64,000 nt of DNA. Source: Epiperipatus broadwayi. Its lineage: Eukaryota; Animalia; Onychophora. The stretch lies in contig JAQFVV010000005.1 of the NCBI GenBank assembly GCA_028023455.1, positions 19,282,001 to 19,346,000 on the forward strand, read 5' to 3'. Shown here in pieces: positions 1-11,850 of this stretch. The translations under genes were made by a program, and so were the position numbers. A model generated the notes under the pieces. That model was not told the DNA's origin, ran no database searches, and saw only the letters and a program-made list of their open reading frames with translations. Position 1 is the first letter of the stretch; the number at the start of each line of letters is the position of its first letter.

Positions 1-205
1 GAATTATAAGTGTTTCTACATATGTTACATTCTAGTCTTTTTGTTTATTTTGTTTACAATTCTGTTTTTAACTTCTTGAGCAGCAATTTCATTTTAATAG
101 GCAAAAATCTCCATACAGTAATGCTACTTAGCGCAAGCCAGAGTAATCAATGGAATGCCAAAAGGCTTGTGCATAAAATCTCTATCTAGTGCCCACTTAT
201 CCAGT

Positions 206-246
206 ATCCCGACTAGTTTCTAGCTTTTGGCTTTCGTCAGTGAGGA
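206..246 (-). ncRNA. Type I hammerhead ribozyme motif (core intact, stem I imperfect)
   Basis: Minus strand reads CCUCA CUGACGA A AGC CAAAA GCU A GAAAC UA GUC GGGAU. Confidence 0.7.
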
Positions 247-1617
247 TCTTTGGATCAGAGTGCACTGCACCTAGATCTTAGGATCTAATGCAACCCTCCA
301 CCAGCTACCTTTTATCTCTACTTAACTACAAAACTATGAGTCTAAAATTTGAAAACAATATTTTCAATCCAAACTCATTAGCTTATATAGTCATATGTTT
401 GAACTCAATTCAGTACCCATACATTTTGGTGTCTGGTTCTTTAATAATTATCACTATCCTATTAGGCAGGATTGGTAGTAAACAACTAAACATCACATGA
501 TCACTATTTCTTATGCTTGCTTATAACTGTTATTAAAACAAACAAAACTCTCTGTACAGTAGTGCAAGCCAGAGTAATCAATGGATGCCAGAAAACGTGC
601 ATAAAATCCCTATCTAGTGCCTACTCATCCAATATCCCCAGACTAGTTTCTAGCTTGTGGTTTTTGTCAGTGAGGAGCTTTGGATCTGAGTGCACTGCAC
701 CTACATCTTAGGATCTAATGCAACTCTCCAGCAGCCATCTTTTATCTCTACTTAACTACAAAACTATGAGTCTAAAATTGAAATCACACAATATTTTTAA
801 TCCAAACTCATTAGCTTATATAGTCATAGGTTTGAGCTCATTTTGATGTCTTTGGTTCTTTAATAACCATCACTATCCTATTATGTAGGATTGGTAGTAA
901 ACCACTAAACATCACATGATCACTGTTTCTTATGCTTGCTTATAACTGTTATAAAACGGACAAAACTCTCTGTACAGCAGTGCCACTCAGTGCAAGCCAG
1001 AGTAATCAGTGGATGCCAGAAGACTTGTGCATAAAATCCCTATTTAGTGCCTACTCACCCAATAACTCCAGACTAGTTTCTAGCTTGTGGTTTTTGTCAG
1101 TGAGGAGCTTTGGATCTGAGTGCACTGCACCTACATCTTAGGATCTGATACAACCCTCCAGTAGCCACTTTTTATCTCTACTTAACTACAAAACTATGAG
1201 TCTAAAATTTTAAAACCCCAAAAATATTTTCAATCCAAACTCATTAGCTTATATAGTCATATAGGTCTAAACTCAGTTCAGTACCCATACACTTTGGTTC
1301 TTTAATAACCATAACCACCACTATCATATTAGGAGGATTGGTATTTAACCACTAAACATCACATGATCACCATTTCTTATGCTTGTTCATAATAGTTATT
1401 AAAACAGCAAAACTCTCCATACAGTAATGCCACTCAGTGCAAGTCAGAGTAATCGAGTTCAGACCTATATGACTATATAAGCTAATGATCTTGGATTGAA
1501 AATATTGTGTTTTCAATTTCAGACTCATAGTTTTGTAGTTAAGTAGAGATAAAAGGTAGCTGCTGGAGGGTTGCGCTAGATCCTAAGATCTAGGTGCAGC
1601 TCTCTCAGATGCAAAGC

Positions 1618-1659
1618 TCCTCACTGATGAAAACCACAAACTAGAAACTAGTCTGGGGA
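1618..1659 (+). ncRNA. Type I hammerhead ribozyme motif (core intact, stem II mismatched)
   Basis: UCCUCA CUGAUGA A AAC CACAA ACU A GAAAC UA GUC UGGGGA; stem I is UCCUCA/UGGGGA. Confidence 0.65.
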
Positions 1660-2071
1660 TATTGGATGAGTAGGCACTAGATAGGGATTTTATGCACAAG
1701 TCTTCTGTTGTCCATTGATTATTCTGGTTTGCACTGAGTGGCATTACTTTTTGGAGAGTTTTACCTGTTTTAATAATAGTTATGAACAAGCATAAGAAAT
1801 GGTGATCATGTGATGTTTAGTTATTTAATACCAACCCTGTCTAATAAGATAGTGGTGACTATGGTTATTAAAGAACCAAAGATACCAAAGTGTATGGCCG
1901 CTGAACTGAGTTCAGATCTATATGACTATATAAGCTAATGAGCTTGGATTGAAAATATTATTATGTTTTCAAATTTTTGACTCGTAGTTCTGTAGTTAAG
2001 TAGAGAAAGGTGGCTGCTGGAGGGTTGCAATAGATCCTAAGATCTAGGTACAGTGCACTCAGATCCAAAGC

Positions 2072-2112
2072 TCCTCACTGATGAAAACCACAAGATAGAA
2101 ACTAGTCTGGGG
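2072..2112 (+). ncRNA. Type I hammerhead ribozyme motif (core intact, stem II weak); mirrored at 2600-2629 on the - strand
   Basis: CCUCA CUGAUGA A AAC CACAA GAU A GAAAC UA GUC UGGGG. Confidence 0.65.
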
Positions 2113-2974
2113 GTATTCAATGAGTATGCACTAGATAGGGATGCACAAGTCTTCTGGCATCCATTGATTACTCTGGCTTGAGTGGCACTATTGTATGGAG
2201 AGTTTTGCCTGTTTTAATAACAGTTATAAGCAAGCATAAGAAATGGTGATCATGTGATGTTTAGTAGTTTAAAATTTCATTTGCTTTCTTTCCTCAGAAG
2301 TAGTCTTCAGCGTCTTGTTTTTTTTTTTTATAAAAAAACAAAGTATAATAAATATGTTTGTTTTTTTATAAAAAAAAACCAAGACGCTGAAGACTACTTC
2401 TGAGGAAAGAAAGCAAATGAAATTTTAAACTACTAAACATCATATGATCACCATTTCTTATGCTTGCTTATAACTGTTATTAAAACAGGCAAAACTCTCC
2501 ATGCAATAGTGCCACTCAGTGCAAGGTAGAGTAATCAATGGATGCCAGAAGGCTTGTGCATAAAATCCCTATCTAGTGCCTATTCATCCAATATCCCCAG
2601 ACTAGTTTCTATCTTGTGGTTTTCATCAGTGAGGAGTTTTGGATCTGAGTGCACTGTACCTAGATCTTAGGATCTATTGCAACCCTCCAGCAGCCACCTT
2701 TCTCTACTTAACTACAGAACTATATAGTTTTTAATGAAATATATCATTTTTCATTCATTTCACATCTATTGAATATTTAGAAAGCTGAAAAAGTATCAGT
2801 TGATCTTGCGATCTTTCTCATTGTATTTTTAAAATATTGCCAAGGATCTTTATTTGATTTTTCCCAGTGGTTTTAAGTTACTTTGATATGGATTCTATAT
2901 TTCATTTTTATACAATAAATTTGATTATACAAACTAAATTAATTGAAATAATTATATCACAATAATGAAACGCT

Positions 2975-3096
2975 ATGTTTATCAAACCGGCTTTCATCTC
3001 CATTGAGACCGTCTCAAGATATTTTCATCTCCATTGAGACTTCTCAAGATATCTTGAGAAAGTCTCAATGGAGCTGAAAGCCAGTTTGATAAACAT
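2975..3096. repeat. Small palindromic (MITE-like) element with internal duplication
   Basis: ATGTTTATCAAACCGGCTTTCATCTCCATTGAGAC ... GTCTCAATGGAGCTGAAAGCCAGTTTGATAAACAT, with a 31-bp internal direct duplication. Confidence 0.75.
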
Positions 3097-3229
3097 TTAA
3101 TTATACTTATTAATAGTTGTTTATTTCAATCTTGTTTGATTGATTATTTATTTATGTGTTTGGGACAACATTATGGACAAATAAATTATATTGGATATTT
3201 GGCCATCATAGTGATTTAGTTATTATATC

Positions 3230-4780
3230 TGTAGCATGTGTTAATGGTGTGACAGTCAGATGATGTATGTTAGGTTAACCCAGTTCGAATACTAGGCGAA
3301 AGTAATTCGAGGCCATCCATACGCGAGATATTAAATCAAGAATACTATGACCTCTGCCCTGATCGCCTATTCTCGAGGCTAACTGCGAACCAACAACATT
3401 ATCTGAGACACACATAATTTATTTTCTCACCGACCCAAAGCTTAGCATCAGTGGAGAGAAACATGGACGGGAACACCTAAGGAGCTAAATAGTTAAATGT
3501 GCATAAAAGTACTATGAAAAATGTGTTTTGCATGCCTGGATCATCGAAAAGTAAAATAAAGCATTACAATAAAATTAGAAAAACTCAAGCTTGTTAGTTA
3601 AATAAGATATTTAATTAATGACTTTAAAATATTTATAATGATTTAATGGCCTCCGCTATTCCCGTAAATTAATGAAAACTAATTAGACAATGAAAACAGA
3701 TTAAACGATATAATATTTTTGCGGTCTAAGTCTTTTCTTCCCAATTTTAATAAAATTGTCAACTCGAATCTCCTCGATAAAGTACAATAATAAAAATCTT
3801 TCGCAAAGCATTTTCTAATTGCTTTGCACTAAAAACAAACAGTTTAAAAATTATTTAAGACGTATATAGCGAAATCAGATATACGTAATAAGCTAATGGC
3901 GGACAAAAGAAACGTTATCGAGGAGATCAAGTTGGCAAACAAAAGGAAACTTACTCGTATTGAATTTTACAAATATAAATGAAAATTGGAAAGAGATTTA
4001 AATGAAAACTTAACCTTTGACTTACACTGCAATGGAATACAAAATATTTATACATGTTAGTAATGAAGAATAGCGAAGGAAAAAGGGTTAAATATATAGA
4101 TAGATGATCACACAATATATATCTAAGGCTAAGACTAGTCTAATAAAAATGGTTACATAACAAATATAATTAAATACAACATTTCATAAATATAATTCAA
4201 TGAAGCAATTTAAAAAAGGTATGAACAAAAAAGGGTAGAAAGTAAATAGTTCAATGGGGGAGAGATATGATTACCGTCCTGGTTTCTTGGTCATATTATG
4301 CGTCGTCGTGGCTTGATCCGACCGTCTATAGGTATTTGTCTGGACAAGGAAAGTGGAAATACATAGCATGCTTTTATGAAAAGTCCTACAGACACGGAGC
4401 AGAGTTCAGATTATTTTGGGTGGATACTATGGCATTTTTATGGTATTTAAGAACCTCGGCGATAGGCAAAGCTATTTGCCTAGCCGAGCATAGTAGAATC
4501 CATCAAATTCATATGACCTTTAGCTTGTAGCATGTTCAAACTTCTCCGTGATTTTTAAGACGACCGTTGTATAACTTTTTGGAATAAAATCTCAACAAGC
4601 AAAATCTGAAAGAGTTCTCCAAAGAGAAATCTGAATGCAATCTCCAAAGGGAAATCTGAAAAATGCCTAGTCTTTTGTTCACTCTCCTATTTATAACTTT
4701 TTTGTAAGCTACCTTCTATTGTTTGTATGATCTTAGATCTTGATAAGCCCACCCACATGCTCCTTTGTTTCAATGTAACA
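3230..4780 (-). mobile_element. Possible solo LTR or other CpG-richer inserted element
   Basis: Bounded by TGT...ACA; minus-strand TATAAATAGG near 4690; short internal repeats (AAATCTGAA..TCTCCAAAG); higher CpG than the flanks. No TSD or coding match was found. Confidence 0.25.
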
Positions 4781-6131
4781 TTTTCTAAAAATAACTTTTA
4801 CTTTTTTATTCTAAATTTCTTTCTTTAAAGTTTGAATTTTATTAATTAAAAAAGAAAGAGAAAGCCATCTTTTATTTGCCTTGAATGGGCTAACTAATTA
4901 CAAACATACATGCTTTTAGAAAATGTTGGTAGGCTTATCTCAAAATAAATCATACGCCATATTTTAACAAGATTTTAATAAAAAAAAAAAAATATTTCTT
5001 TTAATAATATAAGCATTTTATTTCAGCAGAATTTTGCATTAACTCATATATATATGCTTGACGTATATATATGTTTGACTAACAGGTTTTACAAGTAATT
5101 TTTATTAACAGAAATTTAATCTTTGAATGGAATTTATTTAACATGAAATATTTAAATGTAAATACAAATTTAATAAACATAATTAATTTTAGCTTTAATG
5201 CAAAATCCTGCTGATATTGGACTATAAACTTAATTCAGGTCTATAATACTAAGTTTATAGAAGGCTGTGAAGCATGGAACGGACTTCAGATCCATTGCTT
5301 CAATGGTCAACTCATGTAGGCATCTATAAGCTATTCCAAAACCATTGTTGTAAAAATGAAAAACAAAATTTACTCCTGTTTACCAGTAGTTTCATTTTAA
5401 ATATTTCGGATGTTCCATCTCAAATAATAAATCTTGTTTTTATTTCATTATATTTACCATGAGAATTTTAGTCACACAAAACTTTTTGATTACTAAATAA
5501 AATGTCTTGATAATCATGTCTTTATTCGTAACACTTTTTTTTTGTGTTGTTTGACATCAAAACTCTATTTGTAAGGTTTTTTTTTAATTTCCTTAAAACC
5601 TCACCCAGGCTTCAACCAGTCACTCTAATAAGAAGCAATCTATTTAATAAAATAATTGAAACTATTTTTGCTGTGATGGATAATGATTGATATTCTATGG
5701 TATCTTATCTATTTCAGCCATTTTATTATTATTTGGGAGGTTATGTGGCATTCATATGCTAAGTGACATTGTATTTCCATTCAAGAATCTTTAGGTCTTG
5801 AGTCTATCACTCTATTACTGCTCCAAGTCACACTGATCTCTATCCCTTATATTTTTATAAAATGTAACAATAGAGGCATCCTTAAGATCAGACGGCACTT
5901 TTCCAGAATCTGTATTCTAATAGATTTGAAACTCATTTATTATCATATTTTAAAACTTGTCTGGATATCTGAGCAGAATCAATGATTTTTTTTTGGTTTC
6001 TAAGATTATGAAGAAGTTGTTTAAACTTCTTCAAGGTGGATATTTGTGTCCAGATATAAATGAATTAGAAAGAGAGAATCTGGATTAATTGTCTGAATGC
6101 TGGGAAACAAAACTTTTAACAGAATAATATA

Positions 6132-6418
6132 CTCTTATTCTTCTCTTTCACTTTCTTTGCATATCTTCATATAATCATATATATTACTTATAACACTTTT
6201 TCCATATACACTTTAATGCAACAATTTTTCTTAAAAACTTCTTTATTTTCCTTACAGTTTTGACTGTCCAGCAGTCTTCATCAGAGCTCTAAGCAGAGAA
6301 GAAGATAGAGCTCTGATGAAGACTGCTGGACAGTTGAAATTGTAAGGAAAATATAGAAGTTTTTAAGAAAAATTGTTGCATTAAAGTGTATGTGGAAAAA
6401 GTGTTCTAAGTAATATAT
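6132..6418. mobile_element. Second-family fold-back element with hammerhead-like cores, flanked by a 15-bp direct repeat
   Basis: Inverted arms ~6180-6290 and ~6306-6418; cores at 6253-6284 (-) and 6313-6344 (+); TAACAGAATAATATA at 6117-6131 and 6418-6432. Confidence 0.72.
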
Positions 6419-6705
6419 AACAGAATAATATATCATTTACTTCTTTCTTCCAATCCCTCCAACTGTACTTTTGCTAAAATATTTTAAAATTTGTTTGTCT
6501 TTTAGGAAAAATTAGGCTACAAAGTAATATTTTTTAAAATAAAAACTTGCATTTATAGATCAGAGTAAATGATTAAATAAATTTTTAAATTTGTGATTGG
6601 AAAAACTCTTGTTTAGTTTGTCTTATTGCTTATTATTCTCTTGCATATATTTACATTTGTATTTTTTAATTTTAGGTTTCCAAAATGGTACTTTAAAACT
6701 ATAAC

Positions 6706-6983
6706 ATGATGTTTAATTCATTGCAAAACACCCAAGAACCTGTTTGGAATGCTTATCCGCCCAATCTGTCAGGTCAGATTAGTAATAATTTTATGATAAC
6801 TCCTAGCCTCTCAAATGGGCTTCCATTTAATCAGGCATATAATAATAACACAGCATATAATCCAGGAATCACTCTAACTCCTTGGCAACATACTGTTCCC
6901 ACTCATTTCCAATGGACAATACCAACATCACAATCACAGCCTATGGTCTTTACTGGAGTTGGACCAAATGAAACACCTGCTTG
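6706..6983 (+). CDS. CCDC117: CCDC117-like protein, coding exon 1 (MMFNSLQ...NETPA)
   Basis: Acceptor tttag| at 6675 and ATG at 6706, preceded by an in-frame stop. The 93-aa Pro/Ser/Asn-rich ORF ends at donor TG|gtaag (6983/6984). The phase-2 split codon TG+T joins in frame to the exon at 21925. The symbol rests on downstream exons. Confidence 0.8.
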
Positions 6984-7664
6984 GTAAGGATTTTAATAGT
7001 ATCTCCCATTTGCTTTAGGACAAATGAAAGATTTAGTTACACTAAGACCAAATGGTTTAATGTTTCAGATCACATTTATATCACATGTACAAAATAATTA
7101 CACCAAACAAAGTTTACATGATCCATTGATCAAATCACCATTATTAAACTTAACAATGTCAACCTTACATTAAAATAACCAATTAACAAGCTAACTGATA
7201 TGATCATTTTATATCTAGCAACATTCTTCATTCATCTAACTATGATTCTAATGTTAGCATTCTGTCCAGATCTCAAACATTTTAAATACCAAATAGATTT
7301 TGAAGCATGGAATAATGTTAGTGCAGATTTATGCTATTAAATATTATAGCAAAATCATTCTAAGTTAAAAAATTGAAATTAAATCATTAGATTATAATCA
7401 AAGGTGTACAGAGATAAACAGGATGCAATACATAACCACCTACTAAACTTACCCTTCTTTGGTGTATTTAATTTACATATTATATCCAGTTTAGGCTTTG
7501 TGGATTTTTAGATTATAATATTTTCTGTTAATCAAAATATAATCCAATTCTGCTGTACCTTCATTTGTTATGTTATTTTTCTACAAATCATTTATATCGC
7601 CATAACCAAATATTCCTACAGTACTTTGATCTTTCAATTGTTTACCAATTCTAGCATTAAAGTC

Positions 7665-9986
7665 TCCATTTAATGCTAGAATTGGTAAACAATTGAAAGA
7701 TGAAAGCGCTTTAGGTAAATTTGGTTATGGTGATAGAAATGAAAGAGGACATAGACTTGTGAAATTTGCAGAAAAAGAAAAACTTTATATTATGAATTCT
7801 TTTTTTGAGAATAATGTTAAACGAAAATTGACATGGAAGCATCCAAATGAAGATATAACAGAATTGGATTATATTTTGAATAACAGAAAATGTGTATTTT
7901 GAGTTTGTAATGTTCTTAATAAATTCAACACAGGAAGTGATTATCAATTAGTGAGATATAAGATGCATATTAATGCAAAACTAGAGACAAAAATTATTAA
8001 GAAAAATAATATTCAACTTATAATATTCAAAGTTGATATTTCTAATCTCCAGAAACATTCCAGTGAATTTAAATTAGAACTTAGAAATCGTTTTCAAATA
8101 ATAACAGATTTTGAATATGATTCAGTTTTGAATGAAATCAATAGGAAGATAACTGATACACTTTTAAATACTGCAACAAAGATAGCTATTACAAAAAAGC
8201 AGTGATTGGCCAGTGAAATTCCTACTGAGATAAGACAGTTTATGAAGAAAAGAATTTGAATATGAAACATATAAAAATGATGCATTAAGAATGATTGAAT
8301 ATCTAGAAATTTGTAAAATAGTGTGAAAAAGAGTTGATAACAATATAAGAAAGTATAACTGTAAACTAGCAAGGAAATTTTTAGAAGGTTCTCAAGAGTG
8401 TAAAACAACATTTTAACATTGGTATGAAACTTATTTCTGCAATAAGAAAAAAGAATGGAATTATTACTAAAAAGAGAGGACATCTTGAAATGGGTAGAAG
8501 AGTTATATAAGAACTATGTACTAATAAAGAATAAGAAAAAGTACCTCCTACAACTACTATATCTTCTGAATTGCCCAAGATTAGAGACATGCAATTAAAT
8601 TTTTGAAAAAAGGGGAAAGCTGCAGGTAATGATGGAATTATAATCGATATCTTAAAAGAAGCAGGTGAAGAAATGGAAATTTTTTTTGTAGTTATATGTA
8701 CCAGATGATTGGAAGAATGCAGTATTAATATTAATATTTAAAAAAGGTGCTAAAGAATATATTAGAAATTAGAGCTTTATCAATATTTTATCAGTTCTAT
8801 ACAAAATTTTTACCAAGGTAATTACAACTCATTTACAGCAAACTTTGGATTTTAACCAACCAAAAGAACAAGCTGGATTTAAAAGTGATTGTAGTACAGT
8901 GGATCACATCCAAGTATTGAAAGATATAAAAAGGATGAATAAATATGAGATACCATTATGCTTTGAATTTGTAGATTATGAAAAGGCATTCGACTCTATA
9001 AGCATTTTCTCAGTGATTAAAGCATTGTTGTCAAATTATAGATCTAGGATTTTGTCATATTCTGAAGAATATTTATAAAAATGCAACAGCAACAATTAGA
9101 TTACGTAATGATATTAAGAAGATTAACATTGAGAAGGGTGTACGATGGTGTTCTCCATGTTTCCAAAATTTTTTACAGCAGTTTGCAAGAAGTATTTTGT
9201 GAATTAAAATGGGAAGCTAAGCAATTAAAAGAAAATGGGGATTGTTTAAGTCATTTAGATTTTGCAGGTGATGTATTTGTTTTTGCAAACAATGCTTTAG
9301 AGCTTCAGGAAATGTTACAAGAGTTATTAGAACGAAAGTAAGAAAATAACGCAAAAGTTAATGTTAAAAAGACTAAATTAGTGTTCATGGATTTTTTCAA
9401 AAGAAGAAAATAAAGATTGATAATGAAGAATTAGAAGTTAACAACTACAAATATCTTGGTCAGATTATTAATGCAGATGGAAAAATAATGGATGAAATTA
9501 ATTATAGAATTAAACTTGATTGGAATGCTTTTGGTTTAAACAACAATATTAAAAGGAAATTTGCCTAAGTGTTTCATTTATTGATCTAAGACTTGGAGAC
9601 CTAACAGAAAAACAGTATGCAGATTTCAGAGGATTTGATAAAGTATGGAGTAATGCATGTTAGGAGTAACAAGAGGAAATTGAAAACAAAATACATAGGT
9701 AAGGGAACAAACAGGTATTAATGATATCATTGAAAGAATTAAGAGACTGAAATGTGGGTTGGGCATATTGCTAGAAGAGATGATAATAAATGGACAGTTG
9801 AAATCGTAAACTGGATTGCAAAATATTGTAAAAGATCTATAAAGAGACCACGTGAGATGAATTGATAAAATAAGAAAGTGTGCTGTGATAATGAGGAGAA
9901 GAGATGCTAGAGATCGGAGAAGGTGGATTGAACTGGGAATCTTCATCGTGCAGTGGCTCGCTAATGATTGAAAATGATGATGATGA
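7665..9986 (+). mobile_element. Degenerate RTE-clade LINE (APE endonuclease + reverse transcriptase), 5'-truncated
   Basis: Endonuclease motifs FNARIG, GKFGYGDRNERGHRL, TW..P and ELDYIL; RT motifs QPKEQAGF, FVDYEKAFDSI and HLDFAGD; (ATG)n tail at 9974-9986; many stops and frameshifts. Confidence 0.9.
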
Positions 9987-11616
9987 ATTATTTACTATTT
10001 AAGAATATTATGAGTTGCAAACCTGCTCTATCTTAGAATAATCTGCTGTATTGTTTGATTGCTTTAAAACTTGTTCAGTTTTTATTTGAGTCTTATATGC
10101 TGTATAGAAATACTGTAACGATATACATATATACCATTACATTAATTTCAAATAAAAGTGAAAAAAATATAAATAAAATCACTCTCAAGAAATATATATA
10201 AAAAGAGAGAGTTCAATAATTTTATTTAAATTAATATATATAATGCACAGATGGCAAACTAATATCATTATTTAAAGTAAAAAATCTAAAAACAAGATTG
10301 ATTTTAATATAAAAGAATAAAAAAAAAGCTGATAATTAGTTATTTTTAATCTTAGAATGGAAATGATTTTCGATAATGACATAATAGTAAACAGACCTTG
10401 GACATAAAGTCAGATAAGAGATAAATTAAAAAATATTAATGATAAAATTTTGACTTCCCACTCTAAAGCAAGCTGGCCAATAACGATGGAAATAAACACG
10501 ATCCACAAAGAAAAGTCATCATTGCCAATAAGAACAGCCCAAGCCAGGCAAGATCAATTCTGGGATTTGATGATAAGAATTCAAAATGGATATAAAAAGA
10601 AAACTTTTAAATGGAGATTTAGATTTGGATTACTCTTTCTGATTGCGTATTATTGAAACATTTTATACGTATATTGCGGATCTCCAAAATGTAGGGGTCA
10701 CGCAATAAATTATGTTTCCCATATTTGCACCGACTGAGGCGGCTTCCAAAACCATGGTTCCGGAAACTGGCCTGTAACAAATTTATCTCCACCTAGGACA
10801 ATATTAATATGGGATGGAAGGAACTGTGAACATAGTTGTGTGATATTAAGAACCGCAAAGACGGACTTCAATAAACATACAGCATTGGAAAGTATGAACT
10901 TTTGCTTTAAATGAACTTTATATAATACAAACTTTTCCAAGTAGTAATTTTAAACATCCCTTAATTTTTAACAGAAATCTGTTATCTGACTAAAATTTTA
11001 AATTATTTATTATATTTTTTATATATGTGTTTGATATCATTTCCATTCTTGTAAATAGATGTGAATGGCTAATTGTTTCGTAGTTGAATCGGTGCTTTTG
11101 GATAGATGTACGGATGTTTTATGTCAATGTAATCTGGGTAGGCGCATTGGATACTCGTTCTCTTGTGCCATGTTAGCATGCAGGGCATAATACCCATATG
11201 AACATATGGCCCAAAAGTGGGCAGCCATCATAGATGTCTTTCCTACACCATTGATTTTTCGTATGCTCTGGTTGGGACAGTAAGCTGGGAAAGACTGCTA
11301 TCCCTATTTATAGAGCATCTCTTTAGATATATTTCAAATAATTTCGTTTTGTATCACCAATTACACAGTGGATTATTCCTGTCTATTGGTGAAATTTATT
11401 AATGATCCTGGGGAAGATGCTCACTCCTTCCCACCATGACTTGTTATCTAATGATATCCTGCGACAGATGTAAATTCCTGTCTGCATGATTGTGTTATGC
11501 TAACAATCTCATTTTGCATTGGTCACATCATTATATCAATAAGCTACCATTGGTTTAAATGCAAAATTTTAGCCTAGGTTAAAAATGATTAGGTTAGTTA
11601 TATACATATTCTATTA

Positions 11617-11850
11617 GACATCACATAATCACCATTTCTTATGCTTGCACATAACTGTTATTAAAACAGGCAAAACTCTCCATACAGTAGTGTCACTCAG
11701 TCTCGTGGCCTTCGTCAGTGAGGAGCCAAAAACTAGTCTGGGGATATTGGATGAGTAGGCACTAGATGAGGATTTTATGCACAAGCCTTCTGGAATCCAT
11801 TGATTACTCTTGAGTGGCACTACTGTATGGAGAGTTTTGCCTGTTTTAAT
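11617..11850. mobile_element. Internally deleted fold-back derivative of the retrozyme-like repeat
   Basis: Starts at the family end motif ACATCACATAATCACC, jumps to GTGGCCTTCGTCAGTGAGGAGCC (11705-11727), then switches strand to AAAAACTAGTCTGGGG... and ends in the inverted copy of the left arm. Confidence 0.8.

Larger units (their letters stand above)
95..2724. mobile_element. Cluster of ~430-bp hammerhead-bearing repeat monomers (retrozyme-like), tandem and inverted
   Basis: Head-to-tail copies with junction AAACATCACATGATCAC at 488, 907 and 1354, and ribozyme cores at 211, 641 and 1071 (430-bp period). Strand switch at ~1455; opposite-orientation copies with cores at 1624 and 2078; mirror copy with core at 2600. 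Confidence 0.88.

Noticed and set aside
288-1789. Repeated 63-70 aa ORFs ending ...RLVSSLWFLSVRSFGSECTAPTS (also 11629-11820)
   Set aside because: They are translations of the non-coding retrozyme-like repeat; starts and frames differ between copies.
5222-5312. Two adjacent hairpins (CTATAAACTTA/TAAGTTTATAG and TGAAGCATGGA/TCCATTGCTTCA) suggesting an H/ACA snoRNA or pre-miRNA
   Set aside because: No free H box or terminal ACA, and the stems are too short for a pre-miRNA.
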